From NCBI GenBank assembly GCA_903889905.1, contig CAISZI010000050.1:45294-109293 (forward strand): 64,000 bases of DNA, read 5' to 3'. The translations under genes and the position numbers were made by a program. The first letter of the stretch is position 1. Each line of letters starts with the position of its first letter. The notes below the pieces were generated by a model. That model searched no databases. It was given only the letters and a program-made list of their open reading frames with translations, and was not told the DNA's origin. The stretch comes from Candidatus Wirthbacteria bacterium. GTDB taxonomy: Bacteria; Patescibacteriota; CG2-30-54-11. This document shows, one piece after another, positions 1 through 9,061 of the stretch.

Positions 1-1
1 C

Positions 2-400
2 GAAAAACTCGACCAGTCCTCGGCCAAAATGGTCAAGGAAGTGCTGTCCCAGGATGCTGACGTGTGGATGTCAGGTGTGGAACTAATCCTGGAAGAACTT
101 TCGGCTTCCGAACATTTACCGCCGCGCATCCTCCTTTGTGGTGGTGGCAGCGCCCTGCCGGAGATCAAACAAACCCTGGACAAATTCGACTGGCAGGGAA
201 AACTGCCGTTTGCCCGCAATCCTGAAGTCAGTTTTATCCACCCCGAGGATGTCAATAACGTCACGGACGAAACCGGCCTGCTGAGCTCCCCGCAGGACAT
301 CACCCCCATGGCCATGGCCAACCTGGCAAGGGATTTGATGGGTGAAGAAAAAGTCATGTCCGGCTTGTTGCGTCAAGTTGCCAAAGTGTTACAAAGCTAA
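2..400 (+). CDS. Cell division FtsA-like (actin/ASKHA fold) protein, C-terminal fragment (5' end outside window)
   Basis: The ORF is open to the window edge. 'ILLCGGGSALPEI' matches the FtsA/PilM C-terminal subdomain, and the C-terminal segment is plausibly an amphipathic tail. Partial, so family-level only. Confidence 0.5.
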   Translation, partial: EKLDQSSAKMVKEVLSQDADVWMSGVELILEELSASEHLPPRILLCGGGSALPEIKQTLDKFDWQGKLPFARNPEVSFIHPEDVNNVTDETGLLSSPQDITPMAMANLARDLMGEEKVMSGLLRQVAKVLQS

Positions 401-406
401 ACCAAA

Positions 407-2119
407 ATGCCCACCCCGAGCGCCAAACTATCTGCCATTTACCTCGAATCCAACCACGAGATCACGGACGTCATCGACCAGATCAAATCGTCGCGTGAAC
501 ATGTCGTGGCCGTGGTGTCGGCTGACCGCCATTCTATTTTACAAAGCATGGTCAACCTCAAAATTTTGATGCGCACAGCCAAAACGTTTGACCGCGAAAT
601 GGTGCTGGTCTCCACCGACCTGGTGACGCATTCCCTGGCTGACCAGCTCAAAATCCGTATTTTCCCCAAACTCCAGACTGCCCAGCAAGTCATTTCCGGC
701 ATCCCCATGACGGCGCAAGAAAGTGTCGTCGTCAGCTCCCCGGTCATTAACGGCGCCGACTACGCCAGCACTGCAACAACGCACCAGCCACCGGCGCCTG
801 CTTACACCATTCCCCCTGACATGCGCACCGCAGCCAAATCAGCACCCCAAAAAATCGCCTTTTCCAGCGCTCTGCAGCACTGGTGGAATCGTCTCACGCA
901 GCAGTTTGCCAAACCCAAAAGTGTGCAGCTTGAAACCACCAACCGGCCCGTCCTCATCCTGATCGCCATTTTCCTGCTTGGGATGACTATTTTTGGGGCT
1001 TACTTTGCCTTTGAAGTCATGCCAAATGCCGACATCACCGTCTCGCAACGCACCGAACCGTTTGTGCAGCAGGTAGAAGTCACTGCCAAACCAGCCGCGA
1101 GCAGCGCGGATTATGTGAACCGCGCCATTCCCTCCTATTATTACGAAAGCAAAGCCAGCAATTCCAGCACGGGCGCTTCCACGGGCACCAAAATCATTGG
1201 CAGCAAAGCCACCGGGACAGTCGACATCACCAACCGCGGTTATTCACAAACCGTTAACTTGCCAGCCGGCACCATCTTGACCAGTTACGACGGCAAAACC
1301 TTTGCCACCACCGACGCGGTAACCATTCCTGCAGCACAGCTCGATGCCGGACAAATCACGCCAGCGCACAGATACAAAGTTTCCCTGGTAGCGAGCGACG
1401 TAGGCGACAAATACAATGTCGACAAAAACCAGTTCTCGATTACCGGCTACGACGCCAAATACCTCTGGGCCGAAAGCAATACAGCCTTCACCGGTGGCGA
1501 CTCGCACAACGCCGTGGTCGTCAGCCAGGACGACGTCGACAAAGTCCGCACCCAGCTGTTGCAGGACCTGATGAACAAGACCAATGCCGACACCAGGGCG
1601 CAGCTCAAAAGTGGCCAGATCTTCCTGGACACTGCGCTCAAAAATGTGGTCCTGAACGAAACGATCAATCCCGTCGTGGGGAGCGAAGCCTCGTCCTTCA
1701 GCATCACCGAACAAGTCGTCGCGCAGGGCGTCGCCATTACCGAAAGCGATATCCGCGACCTGACCGAACGCACCATGCAAAGCGCTGTCCCCGAAGGTTT
1801 TGAAACGCTGAACGGCAACAAATGGGACACCCAGTACCAGATCAAAAACCTCGACATCGATGCCCGCATGATTGTCCTCACCGCAACCGGTACAGGCCAG
1901 ATCGCCCCCAAACTCAATGTAGCGCAAATCAAAATTAAACTCGCTGACCAAAGCCTGCAAACCGCCGGTGACGTGCTGCGCTCCTATTCCCAGGAAATCG
2001 ATCAATTCGATATCAAACTACAGCCTTTCTGGGTAACCAAAATCCCCCATGCCACTGCCAAAATCAACCTCACACAGGTGTCACCTGCGGTGTTTGCAGA
2101 CATGATGAAGAAGAAATGA
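407..2119 (+). CDS. Hypothetical bitopic membrane protein (cytoplasmic N-domain, single TM, large extracytoplasmic beta-rich domain)
   Basis: 570-aa ORF immediately after ftsA-like gene; Pro-rich linker, TM 'PVLILIAIFLLGMTIFGAYFAF', repeated 'GTVDITNRG...LPAGTIL' beta-sandwich-like motifs. No family recognised. Confidence 0.55.
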   Translation: MPTPSAKLSAIYLESNHEITDVIDQIKSSREHVVAVVSADRHSILQSMVNLKILMRTAKTFDREMVLVSTDLVTHSLADQLKIRIFPKLQTAQQVISGIPMTAQESVVVSSPVINGADYASTATTHQPPAPAYTIPPDMRTAAKSAPQKIAFSSALQHWWNRLTQQFAKPKSVQLETTNRPVLILIAIFLLGMTIFGAYFAFEVMPNADITVSQRTEPFVQQVEVTAKPAASSADYVNRAIPSYYYESKASNSSTGASTGTKIIGSKATGTVDITNRGYSQTVNLPAGTILTSYDGKTFATTDAVTIPAAQLDAGQITPAHRYKVSLVASDVGDKYNVDKNQFSITGYDAKYLWAESNTAFTGGDSHNAVVVSQDDVDKVRTQLLQDLMNKTNADTRAQLKSGQIFLDTALKNVVLNETINPVVGSEASSFSITEQVVAQGVAITESDIRDLTERTMQSAVPEGFETLNGNKWDTQYQIKNLDIDARMIVLTATGTGQIAPKLNVAQIKIKLADQSLQTAGDVLRSYSQEIDQFDIKLQPFWVTKIPHATAKINLTQVSPAVFADMMKKK

Positions 2120-2131
2120 TTCTTTCTGCGT

Positions 2132-2163
2132 AGGGGCGGTTCACGAACCGCCCCTCTTTGTTT
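2132..2163 (+). terminator. Rho-independent terminator candidate
   Basis: Perfect hairpin AGGGGCGGTT-cacg-AACCGCCCCT followed by CTTTGTTT, located directly after the stop of 407..2119. Confidence 0.5.
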
Positions 2164-2214
2164 CCAGGCCCGGGCGATTCATGCATCACACCTAGATTAT
2201 TTGGTAAAACTAAC

Positions 2215-2616
2215 ATGCCCCGTCTCCTCGCTATTGACCTTGGCACGAAACGTACTGGAATTGCCATTACAGACGAACTTCAAATCAGTACCCGCCCACT
2301 ACCCCTCATTGCCCACCAATCGCAGCAGGAATTGCTTACGGCACTTGCGTTGCTTGTCAAACAGTATAAAATCACCACCGTCATTCTGGGGTTGCCCCTT
2401 AGCAGCGATGGCAGCGAAGGGCCACAAGCCAAGCTCACTCGCGACTTTGGCACAATCCTTCAAAACCAAAACCTGAGCGTTATCTACCATGACGAAAGCT
2501 TCAGTTCCCAGGACGCCGCATTGACTCAAAAGAAAAAAATCAACAAAAACAAACGTTCCCTTGATAGTATCGCCGCCAAGATTATTCTCGATGATTATCT
2601 GAAAAACCAACCATGA
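2215..2616 (+). CDS. ruvX: Putative pre-16S rRNA nuclease / Holliday-junction resolvase-like RuvX (YqgF)
   Basis: 'MPRLLAIDLGTKRTGIAITD' is the YqgF N-terminal signature. Classic ruvX-mltG gene order. Internal Met at 2215 chosen as start. Confidence 0.8.
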   Translation: MPRLLAIDLGTKRTGIAITDELQISTRPLPLIAHQSQQELLTALALLVKQYKITTVILGLPLSSDGSEGPQAKLTRDFGTILQNQNLSVIYHDESFSSQDAALTQKKKINKNKRSLDSIAAKIILDDYLKNQP

Positions 2617-3701
2617 GCAAACCCGATTCTGAAATGGACGTTTTATCTCCCCAAAAAAGCAAAGGCTGTTTTGCCATATTCATTGTCATTGTCCTGCTTC
2701 TGCTTGTTGTGACTGGCATTGGCGGTTTCGCGGCCTGGTCATACTACGACCATACGCTCAAAACTGCAGTCAATACCACCGCACAGTTCCAAACCTTCAC
2801 CATTGTCCAGGGAGAATCTGTCAAAGGCATTGCCAATAAACTTGAACAGGATAAATTGATCAACAATGCCCTGCTCTTTCGCATCGCTGCCAAACTGCAA
2901 AAAAAAGAAGCCGCTATCCAGGCTGGCGACTATGAAATCAGCGCCTCCCAAACCATGCAGGAGATCATCGACTCACTACAGCACGGCGAAGCCAAGGGCA
3001 TTCCCATCACCATTTCCCCGGGCTGGCGCATCGAAGAAGTCGCCCATTATTTGGCCAACCAACACCTGGTGAATGAAGCTGAATTCCTCGCCGCCGCCAA
3101 AGCCGCCAATTTTGATTACACCATGCTCGGGAGCTCAAACCCTTTTGGCAAACCCAAATCCGCTTCACTCGAAGGCTACCTCATCCCCGACACTTACCTC
3201 GTGCCCAACAAGCCGACAGTGCAAGATATCATGGTGCGCATCCTTAACAATTTTCAGGACCAGTACGATCAACACGTCAAAGAACTGATGTCCACCAGCA
3301 AATTGTCGCTGTTTGAAGTCCTGACTCTGGCCTCGATTGTCGAGAAAGAAGCTTCCAAATCCGATGACCGCAAAATGGTGGCCGGTATTTACCTCAACCG
3401 CCTCAATTACGGTATGGCGCTCGGTGCTGATCCGACCGTCGCCTACGCTCTGGGCAGCTGGAGCGCACCGCTTACCACCGACAGCCTCAAGATCAATTCG
3501 CCCTACAACACCCGCGTCAACCCTGGTCTTCCGCCCGGCCCCATCGACAGCCCATCCCTAAGCTCGATCCTGGCGGTATTGGAACCCACCTCCAGCAACT
3601 ACTTTTACTTCCTCGCCGATCGCAACGGCATCATGCGCTACGCCAAAACGCTCGCCGAACACACAGCCAACAAAGCGAAATACGGGTTAAGCGGAGAATA
3701 A
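2613..3701 (+). CDS. mltG: Endolytic murein transglycosylase MltG (YceG family)
   Basis: N-terminal TM anchor; 'YNTRVNPGLPPGPI' and 'YFYFLADRNG' are YceG/MltG motifs; 4-nt overlap with ruvX. Confidence 0.85.
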   Translation: MSKPDSEMDVLSPQKSKGCFAIFIVIVLLLLVVTGIGGFAAWSYYDHTLKTAVNTTAQFQTFTIVQGESVKGIANKLEQDKLINNALLFRIAAKLQKKEAAIQAGDYEISASQTMQEIIDSLQHGEAKGIPITISPGWRIEEVAHYLANQHLVNEAEFLAAAKAANFDYTMLGSSNPFGKPKSASLEGYLIPDTYLVPNKPTVQDIMVRILNNFQDQYDQHVKELMSTSKLSLFEVLTLASIVEKEASKSDDRKMVAGIYLNRLNYGMALGADPTVAYALGSWSAPLTTDSLKINSPYNTRVNPGLPPGPIDSPSLSSILAVLEPTSSNYFYFLADRNGIMRYAKTLAEHTANKAKYGLSGE

Positions 3702-3704
3702 AAA

Positions 3705-3727
3705 AATAACCCGGAACTTGGGTTATT
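3705..3727 (+). terminator. Terminator-like hairpin after mltG
   Basis: AATAACCC-ggaactt-GGGTTATT followed by a U-rich tract, 4 nt after the mltG stop. Confidence 0.4.
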
Positions 3728-3884
3728 TTCAGCTTACTCCAAACTCAACGCTTACTACTAAAAAACTTCTTCCTGGTCGGAATTTGCGAAAGTGTTAAAA
3801 CTGAATTCCGCAAAGATTAGCCCGACACTCTCACTTACGTCATTTATTCACACACACGATATCATTGTCTTTCTGGCAAAAAAC

Positions 3885-4097
3885 TCAAACTTTTTTTCTT
3901 GCCATTCCTATTAATACGCCAATCACTATTGCTCCAAAAAGTAACGGAGTTGATGGGAGTGTTGAATAACCTTTCACAATAGTGTCACCAATAGCAACGA
4001 GTACATACAAGACCATAGACACTACCGTAATTATGATGGCATTACGATAAGATTTTGCATTATTTTTCTGTTGATCCATAGCAAAACCTGCTTTCAC
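3885..4097 (-). CDS. Small hypothetical membrane protein (2 predicted TM)
   Basis: 70-aa ORF with two hydrophobic helices. No homolog recognised; could be spurious. Confidence 0.35.
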   Translation of the reverse strand: MKAGFAMDQQKNNAKSYRNAIIITVVSMVLYVLVAIGDTIVKGYSTLPSTPLLFGAIVIGVLIGMARKKV

Positions 4098-4368
4098 TGA
4101 TTATTTAAATCCTTTGTTTCGAGATGTTCGTCTGAAAAAAGTTTCGCGGTGCTCCGTGCGGGCGGAGGCACACGGAATGTCTCCATACTCAGCACTCATT
4201 ACTCGAAACTTCTTCCGCTACACGCCGAAGACTGGACTACGGGATTAAGAATGACTAAGTTCATGCCGTCAATAAGTCATTCTTAAGGATTCAAGTCCCA
4301 TTCCGTCCTGATGACAGGACGACAGGGACAAATTCGACTAAGGTTCGATGACTTACCAAGTCTTCATT

Positions 4369-4444
4369 TGGTCGGGGCGACAAGACTCGAACTTGCGGCC
4401 TCATGCACCCCATGCATGCGCGCTACCAACTGCGCCACGCCCCG
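4369..4444 (-). tRNA. tRNA-Pro (anticodon GGG)
   Basis: The reverse complement folds as a canonical cloverleaf. Acceptor CGGGGCG/CGCCCCG; D-arm GCGC-AGTTGGTA-GCGC; anticodon stem CATGC/GCATG with loop ATGGGGT (GGG at 34-36, G37); T-arm GCAAG-TTCGAGT-CTTGT; encoded CCA. Confidence 0.8.
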
Positions 4445-4672
4445 ACGACAAACAGCTCAGAACGTGTTGATTATAAAGAACCGAGGCCTTAGAAGTAAAG
4501 CAGTATTATAATTGCTCACTATTTTAGCCTCAAATAACTGCTTGTAATCCATTTCATTTCTCCTCATAATATCCACTTTGTTGGAACATTTATTTTTCAG
4601 GAAATCCTGATGCCGATCCGACCTCACTCCCTGAGCAGCTCTTTCTCAACGATGCGCGAACAAGGCCCATGA

Positions 4673-5788
4673 TTGATTAGGTTATTTGCTTGCAAAAACC
4701 TTACTCAATTAACTTTGCCAACCATGTCACCCAATCATGCCAATAAATCCCTCCCCTGTGGCTCTTTGCCTGAAGTTATCACGCCCTATCTCAAGCAGCT
4801 GATTGCCTCCACCGGTGGCCCCCAGGGCCCAATCGGCCTGCAGTTTGTGGCGCAACCAGACATGGAACAAGCCCACCAGGAAATGACCTCCGACCCCCTG
4901 CACGAAGACGAACACGAAGTGGCACCGGCGTTGATCTACAAATACCGCGGCGAAGTGGAACAAAACGGTAAAGTGACTCGCTACGGCCGCGTGCTGTGGA
5001 CGGTGACGCGTTTTTGTGGTTCCTACTGCCGTTTCTGCACACGTGGCCGGGAAGTTGGCTTGCCCGCTGGTACAACCATGGAATCGCACGCACGCATCAC
5101 GCAGGAACCGTTTCTGACTGAGGCTGAGATCAATCAGGTGTTTGAGTACATCAAATCCCATCCCGAGATCAATGAAGTGGTGCTCTCTGGCGGCGATCCT
5201 CTTAGCAGCCCCAGACCTTATCTCACCAAGATCGTCCAGGGATTGGCCAGCCTGCAACAAGCAGGTCATCTGGATGTCGTCCGTATTGGCACACGACTCC
5301 CGATCGTCAGTCCCCATGCCATGCAAGAGTGGCACTACGACCTGATCAGAACCCTGCGCAATCCCTATATTCTGCTGCACATCAACCACCCCGCCGAAGT
5401 GACCGCCGCGGTCATCGCTGTTGCCCAAAAGCTTCGCGAAACCAGTTTTGCCAGCCTGCTTTCGCAATCGGTTTTACTTCAAGGCGTCAACGACAAGACC
5501 GACACTCTCTACGAGCTGTTTAATCTGCTGCACAAACACGCTATCCGCCCCTACTACCTGTTCCAGAATGACGACGTTTACTGGGCCAAACACTTTACCG
5601 TCGCCCCTAAGCGCGCCATCGAGATCTGGAAAAGCCTGCGGCCACGCCTTTCCGGGCTCGCCGCCACCGCCCGTTTTGTCATTGACGTCGAGGATGGTTA
5701 CGGCAAAATTCCTGTCCCCGAAGGAGATTCCTGGCAAGTTGATCTCACCCACTTTCGCGACTTCAAGGGGCAAGTGCATTCCTGGTAG
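4673..5788 (+). CDS. KamA-family radical SAM aminomutase (lysine 2,3-aminomutase-like; KamA/EpmB family)
   Basis: 'CGSYCRFCTRG' is the KAM-type CxxxCxxC cluster (compare KamA CSMYCRHCTR); 'VLSGGDPL' and 'LLQGVND' are further family blocks. Start uncertain (alternative Met at 4724). Confidence 0.8.
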   Translation: MIRLFACKNLTQLTLPTMSPNHANKSLPCGSLPEVITPYLKQLIASTGGPQGPIGLQFVAQPDMEQAHQEMTSDPLHEDEHEVAPALIYKYRGEVEQNGKVTRYGRVLWTVTRFCGSYCRFCTRGREVGLPAGTTMESHARITQEPFLTEAEINQVFEYIKSHPEINEVVLSGGDPLSSPRPYLTKIVQGLASLQQAGHLDVVRIGTRLPIVSPHAMQEWHYDLIRTLRNPYILLHINHPAEVTAAVIAVAQKLRETSFASLLSQSVLLQGVNDKTDTLYELFNLLHKHAIRPYYLFQNDDVYWAKHFTVAPKRAIEIWKSLRPRLSGLAATARFVIDVEDGYGKIPVPEGDSWQVDLTHFRDFKGQVHSW

Positions 5789-5808
5789 ATCCAAAATCCC
5801 ATCTATCC

Positions 5809-5889
5809 GTCATTGCGAGCATTGCTACAAGGCGTGGCAATCTCTCTCCAATGCACTAGATTGCCACGTCGATAACTCCTCGCAATGAC
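5809..5889. repeat. REPIN-like element: inverted pair of REP motifs GTCATTGCGAG / CTCGCAATGAC with internal secondary palindrome
   Basis: Seen directly: GTCATTGCGAG at 5809-5819 and its reverse complement at 5879-5889. The interior has GCGTGGCAATCT/AGATTGCCACGT inverted. The same motif recurs elsewhere in the window. Confidence 0.65.
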
Positions 5890-6115
5890 AACAAATTCTC
5901 CCGTTGACACCCCAGCCGTATCTTGTATCATTGTTCTCACTCACTATCAAAAGGTACCAGATTGGATCCTGAACCTGACCCCAGCCGACCTCCAGGCTTT
6001 CTGACCCTACAACCCATATAGAATTTCCTGACCAGGCAAGGCCAATGAACATTGAACTTGTCTTTTTTTGTATCCATTTTCTCGCCACTTACAGCTTCAC
6101 AAGGAGCTCACCAAC

Positions 6116-7567
6116 ATGCCCAATGGGACCCCGGCAAACGGAAACGGCAAAATCGACACACCCGTTCCCAAAGTCAAACACATCTTTATCTCCAATATCC
6201 TCGAAGGAGCTTACAAAGGCTATCACGGCCTCACTAACCAGGAGCGCTCATATTGGACTTTATATGATACCGTCGACAGTAACCGTGTCCTGTTTTACAA
6301 CGGTGACGACAAGCTAGTCATCACCTCGGCGCCCATCCTGCCCGCCCACTTCGAATACTCGAAACAGCTCATGGGTTGGAAGAATGTTCACAACTACTAC
6401 CCACGTTTCCCGTCGCCATTTATTTGCGAAGATATAATGAGCCAGGAAAAATTCCGTATCCGCATCGAAGAAGTCATCAGAGCCAATCCGGGTATCAACC
6501 TGATTCCCTATCGCTCGACGCCGGAATTTGCAGAAATGGTCAACTACTTCCGCCGCAAAAAACTAGAGTTTGAAACGCCGGAATCCATGGATTCAAATAA
6601 CGAATTCGTTAATATTTATGCCCACTCCAAGCGCGGATTTAGGCACCTCTGGAATAAGGCTTTCCCGACGGGCTCATCACTTCAAATTGACCTTCCCTTG
6701 GGCTTTATTACCGGCAACCGCGACGAAGCCATCGAAGCGGCCTGGTGGTTCGCACAGCAGAAGAAGTCATTTGTGATCAAGTATAACCGCGGTATTCAGG
6801 GGATTGGCGTACTTATTCTTTATTATTCCAATCTGCCTGACACCAAACGTGCCTTTGTGCGCGAAATGCAGGATGAACTGCGCGACAAGATGTGGGACGA
6901 ACCTTCGATCATCGTCGAAGAACTGATTGATATCGACAAAAACAACATGGGTGGATCTCCCAGCATTGAGTTTTTCATTGACCAGTCTGGCCGTGTCCAT
7001 CCAACCTACGCTGGCGAACAAGTCATGGCCGATGACCGCAAAACCTTTCGCGGCATTTATATTAACCCCGAAATCATCAAGAACAAACACATCAAAACAG
7101 CTTTCAAAGCCGGCCACCTGTTTGGCAAAGAACTGGCCGACCTGGGCTATCGCGGTGTGTTTGACGTGGACCTGGTGGTTTCCAAAGACAATAAACTTTA
7201 TGCCGTGGAATCCAATCTGCGCCGTACCGGCGGAACGCATGTTCACGAAGCTGCTGTCGAATTGCTTGGTGCGGACTATACCAGCAAATACCACGTCTTG
7301 ATTGACGACATCCTGCTGCACGACGAAGCCCGCATCAATTACAAAAAAGCCATGGCGCTGCTGAGTGATATTTACTACAAACCCGAGTACAAATCGGGTG
7401 TTCTGATTGCCAACCCCGACATGCTGCAAGTCAATATCCTCAACATCCTGATCGTCACCCATGACGCCGAAGAAATGAAACGCCTGCGCGGTCTGATTAA
7501 ACGCCGCTTCAAGCAGGACATGCATTCCAGCAACGTGGTTTTGTTTGAGAACAAGGATGGTTTTTAG
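6116..7567 (+). CDS. ATP-grasp fold ligase, RimK-like ATP-binding motifs, paralog 1 (large, ~480 aa)
   Basis: 'KKSFVIKYNRGIQGIGVLIL' matches the ATP-grasp K/Gly-rich loop (RimK 'VVIKLLEGTQGIGVVL'). 'LYAVESNLRRTGG' matches the E-x-N Mg-binding block. AAGGAG RBS 9 nt upstream of ATG 6116. Confidence 0.6.
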   Translation: MPNGTPANGNGKIDTPVPKVKHIFISNILEGAYKGYHGLTNQERSYWTLYDTVDSNRVLFYNGDDKLVITSAPILPAHFEYSKQLMGWKNVHNYYPRFPSPFICEDIMSQEKFRIRIEEVIRANPGINLIPYRSTPEFAEMVNYFRRKKLEFETPESMDSNNEFVNIYAHSKRGFRHLWNKAFPTGSSLQIDLPLGFITGNRDEAIEAAWWFAQQKKSFVIKYNRGIQGIGVLILYYSNLPDTKRAFVREMQDELRDKMWDEPSIIVEELIDIDKNNMGGSPSIEFFIDQSGRVHPTYAGEQVMADDRKTFRGIYINPEIIKNKHIKTAFKAGHLFGKELADLGYRGVFDVDLVVSKDNKLYAVESNLRRTGGTHVHEAAVELLGADYTSKYHVLIDDILLHDEARINYKKAMALLSDIYYKPEYKSGVLIANPDMLQVNILNILIVTHDAEEMKRLRGLIKRRFKQDMHSSNVVLFENKDGF

Positions 7568-7619
7568 CGAGCGCCCAGGAATTGGATTTTATTTTATCCA
7601 AACAAACAGAGCCGCAACC

Positions 7620-9041
7620 ATGCGCAACGGCCAAAGCAACAACGACAAGATCACATTACCAATCCCGAAAGTCCGTCACTTGTTTGTCGCCAACAACCTC
7701 GAGGGATCGTACAAAAGCTACCAGAGCCTGCCGACCAAACAACGCCTCTACTGGACACTGTGGGACACGATTGAAGGCAACCGCTCGCTGTTTTATGACG
7801 GGGATGACAAAATTCTGATCACCTCATCTCCGATCAATCCCGCTCACCTCGAGCATACCAAACAGCTGATGGGCTGGCACAATGTCCACAACTATTACCC
7901 GCGCTTTCCGTCGCCTTCCATTTGCGAAGACATGTTTAGCCAGGAACGCTTCCGCGACCGGATCGAAGCGGTGATCAAGGCCAATCCCGGCATCCAGATC
8001 ATTCCCTACCGTGCGACGCCGGAATTTTATGAAATGCTCAATTACTTCAACCGCCAGAAGCTGGATTTCAAAACGCCGGAATCCATTCCTCCCGAACACG
8101 AATTTGTTACCATGTACGCCCACTGCAAGCGCGGCTTCAGGCATTTGTGGAACAAGGCGTTTCCCACAGGATCAGCGCTCAAAATTGATTTACCCACTGG
8201 TTTTATCACCGGCAACCGTGACGAAGCCATCGAAGCTGGCTGGTGGTTTGCGCAGCAAAAAAAATCCTTTGTAATCAAATACAATCGCGGCGCCTCGGGT
8301 GTGGGCGTATTGTTTATGCATTATTCCAGGCTTCCAGAAACCAAACGTGCCTTTTGTCGCGATTTGCAGGACCAGTTGCGTGACAAAATGTGGGACGAAC
8401 CCTCCATTATTGTAGAAGCCATGGTGGACATCGACCGCAAAGCCTATGGTGGCTCGCCCAGTATTGAAATCTACATTGATCAGGCCGGCCGGGTGCATCC
8501 AACTTATGGGGGCGAACAGATTTTTGGTGAAGACAACAAAACCTATATGGGATTTTATATCCATCCCGAAATCAACAAAAGCCACTACATCAAAACCGCG
8601 TTTGCAGCCGGCCGCTTGTTTGGCCGGGAACTTTCGGCCCTTGGTTATCGTGGTTTTTTTGACATTGATCTGGTCATTGCCAAAGACAAAAAACTCTACG
8701 CTGTGGAAGCCAACCTGCGCCGCAACGGCAGCACGCACATCAACGAAGCGGCCGAAGAATTACTGGGACGCAATTACACCCAACATTACCACGTCCTCTA
8801 TGAATCCATCCTGCTGGGTGAAGAAAATCCTATCCATTACAAAGACGCGATGGCCAAAGTTGAGGACATTTATTTCAAACACGACACCAAAACCGGTGTG
8901 ATCTTTATCAATGTGGATTTGATGCAATTGGGCATCCTCAACTACGTTTTGATCGCACCCAATGCAACCGAAATCAAACGCCTGCGCAGCAGCATCAAAC
9001 GCCGTTTCAAACCAGTCAAACCAAGGATTGACCGCTTATAA
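7620..9041 (+). CDS. ATP-grasp fold ligase, paralog 2 (tandem duplicate of 6116..7567, ~60% identity)
   Basis: Colinear with paralog 1 throughout ('KKSFVIKYNRGASGVGVLFM', 'LYAVEANLRRNGSTH'). Start set at MRNGQSNN (7620) by alignment with paralog 1 rather than the ORF-track Met at 7545. Confidence 0.6.
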   Translation: MRNGQSNNDKITLPIPKVRHLFVANNLEGSYKSYQSLPTKQRLYWTLWDTIEGNRSLFYDGDDKILITSSPINPAHLEHTKQLMGWHNVHNYYPRFPSPSICEDMFSQERFRDRIEAVIKANPGIQIIPYRATPEFYEMLNYFNRQKLDFKTPESIPPEHEFVTMYAHCKRGFRHLWNKAFPTGSALKIDLPTGFITGNRDEAIEAGWWFAQQKKSFVIKYNRGASGVGVLFMHYSRLPETKRAFCRDLQDQLRDKMWDEPSIIVEAMVDIDRKAYGGSPSIEIYIDQAGRVHPTYGGEQIFGEDNKTYMGFYIHPEINKSHYIKTAFAAGRLFGRELSALGYRGFFDIDLVIAKDKKLYAVEANLRRNGSTHINEAAEELLGRNYTQHYHVLYESILLGEENPIHYKDAMAKVEDIYFKHDTKTGVIFINVDLMQLGILNYVLIAPNATEIKRLRSSIKRRFKPVKPRIDRL

Positions 9042-9061
9042 TTTTATTCCGAAGGATCCGT

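Noticed and set aside
1244-2005. 253-aa antisense ORF inside 407..2119 (and similar long antisense ORFs at 4727..5467, 6767..7525, 8190..8738, 16109..16999, 36013..36681, 45677..46594, 61673..62248)
   Set aside because: Each lies entirely within a well-supported gene on the opposite strand. The translations are low-complexity (Gly/Val/Asp-rich), typical of reverse frames of ~52% GC coding DNA.
4100-4368. tmRNA (ssrA) or second tRNA next to tRNA-Pro
   Set aside because: No canonical acceptor/T-arm pairing could be drawn, and no tag-peptide reading frame with a resume codon was found. The distance between the complementary ends (ACGGAATG/CATTCCGT, ~120 nt) is too short for tmRNA and too long for a tRNA. 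It is kept only as an unassigned structured region.
7545-7619. ORF-track start of second ATP-grasp gene overlapping the first by 23 nt
   Set aside because: Alignment with paralog 1 places the conserved N-terminus at MRNGQSNN (7620); the upstream extension has no counterpart.
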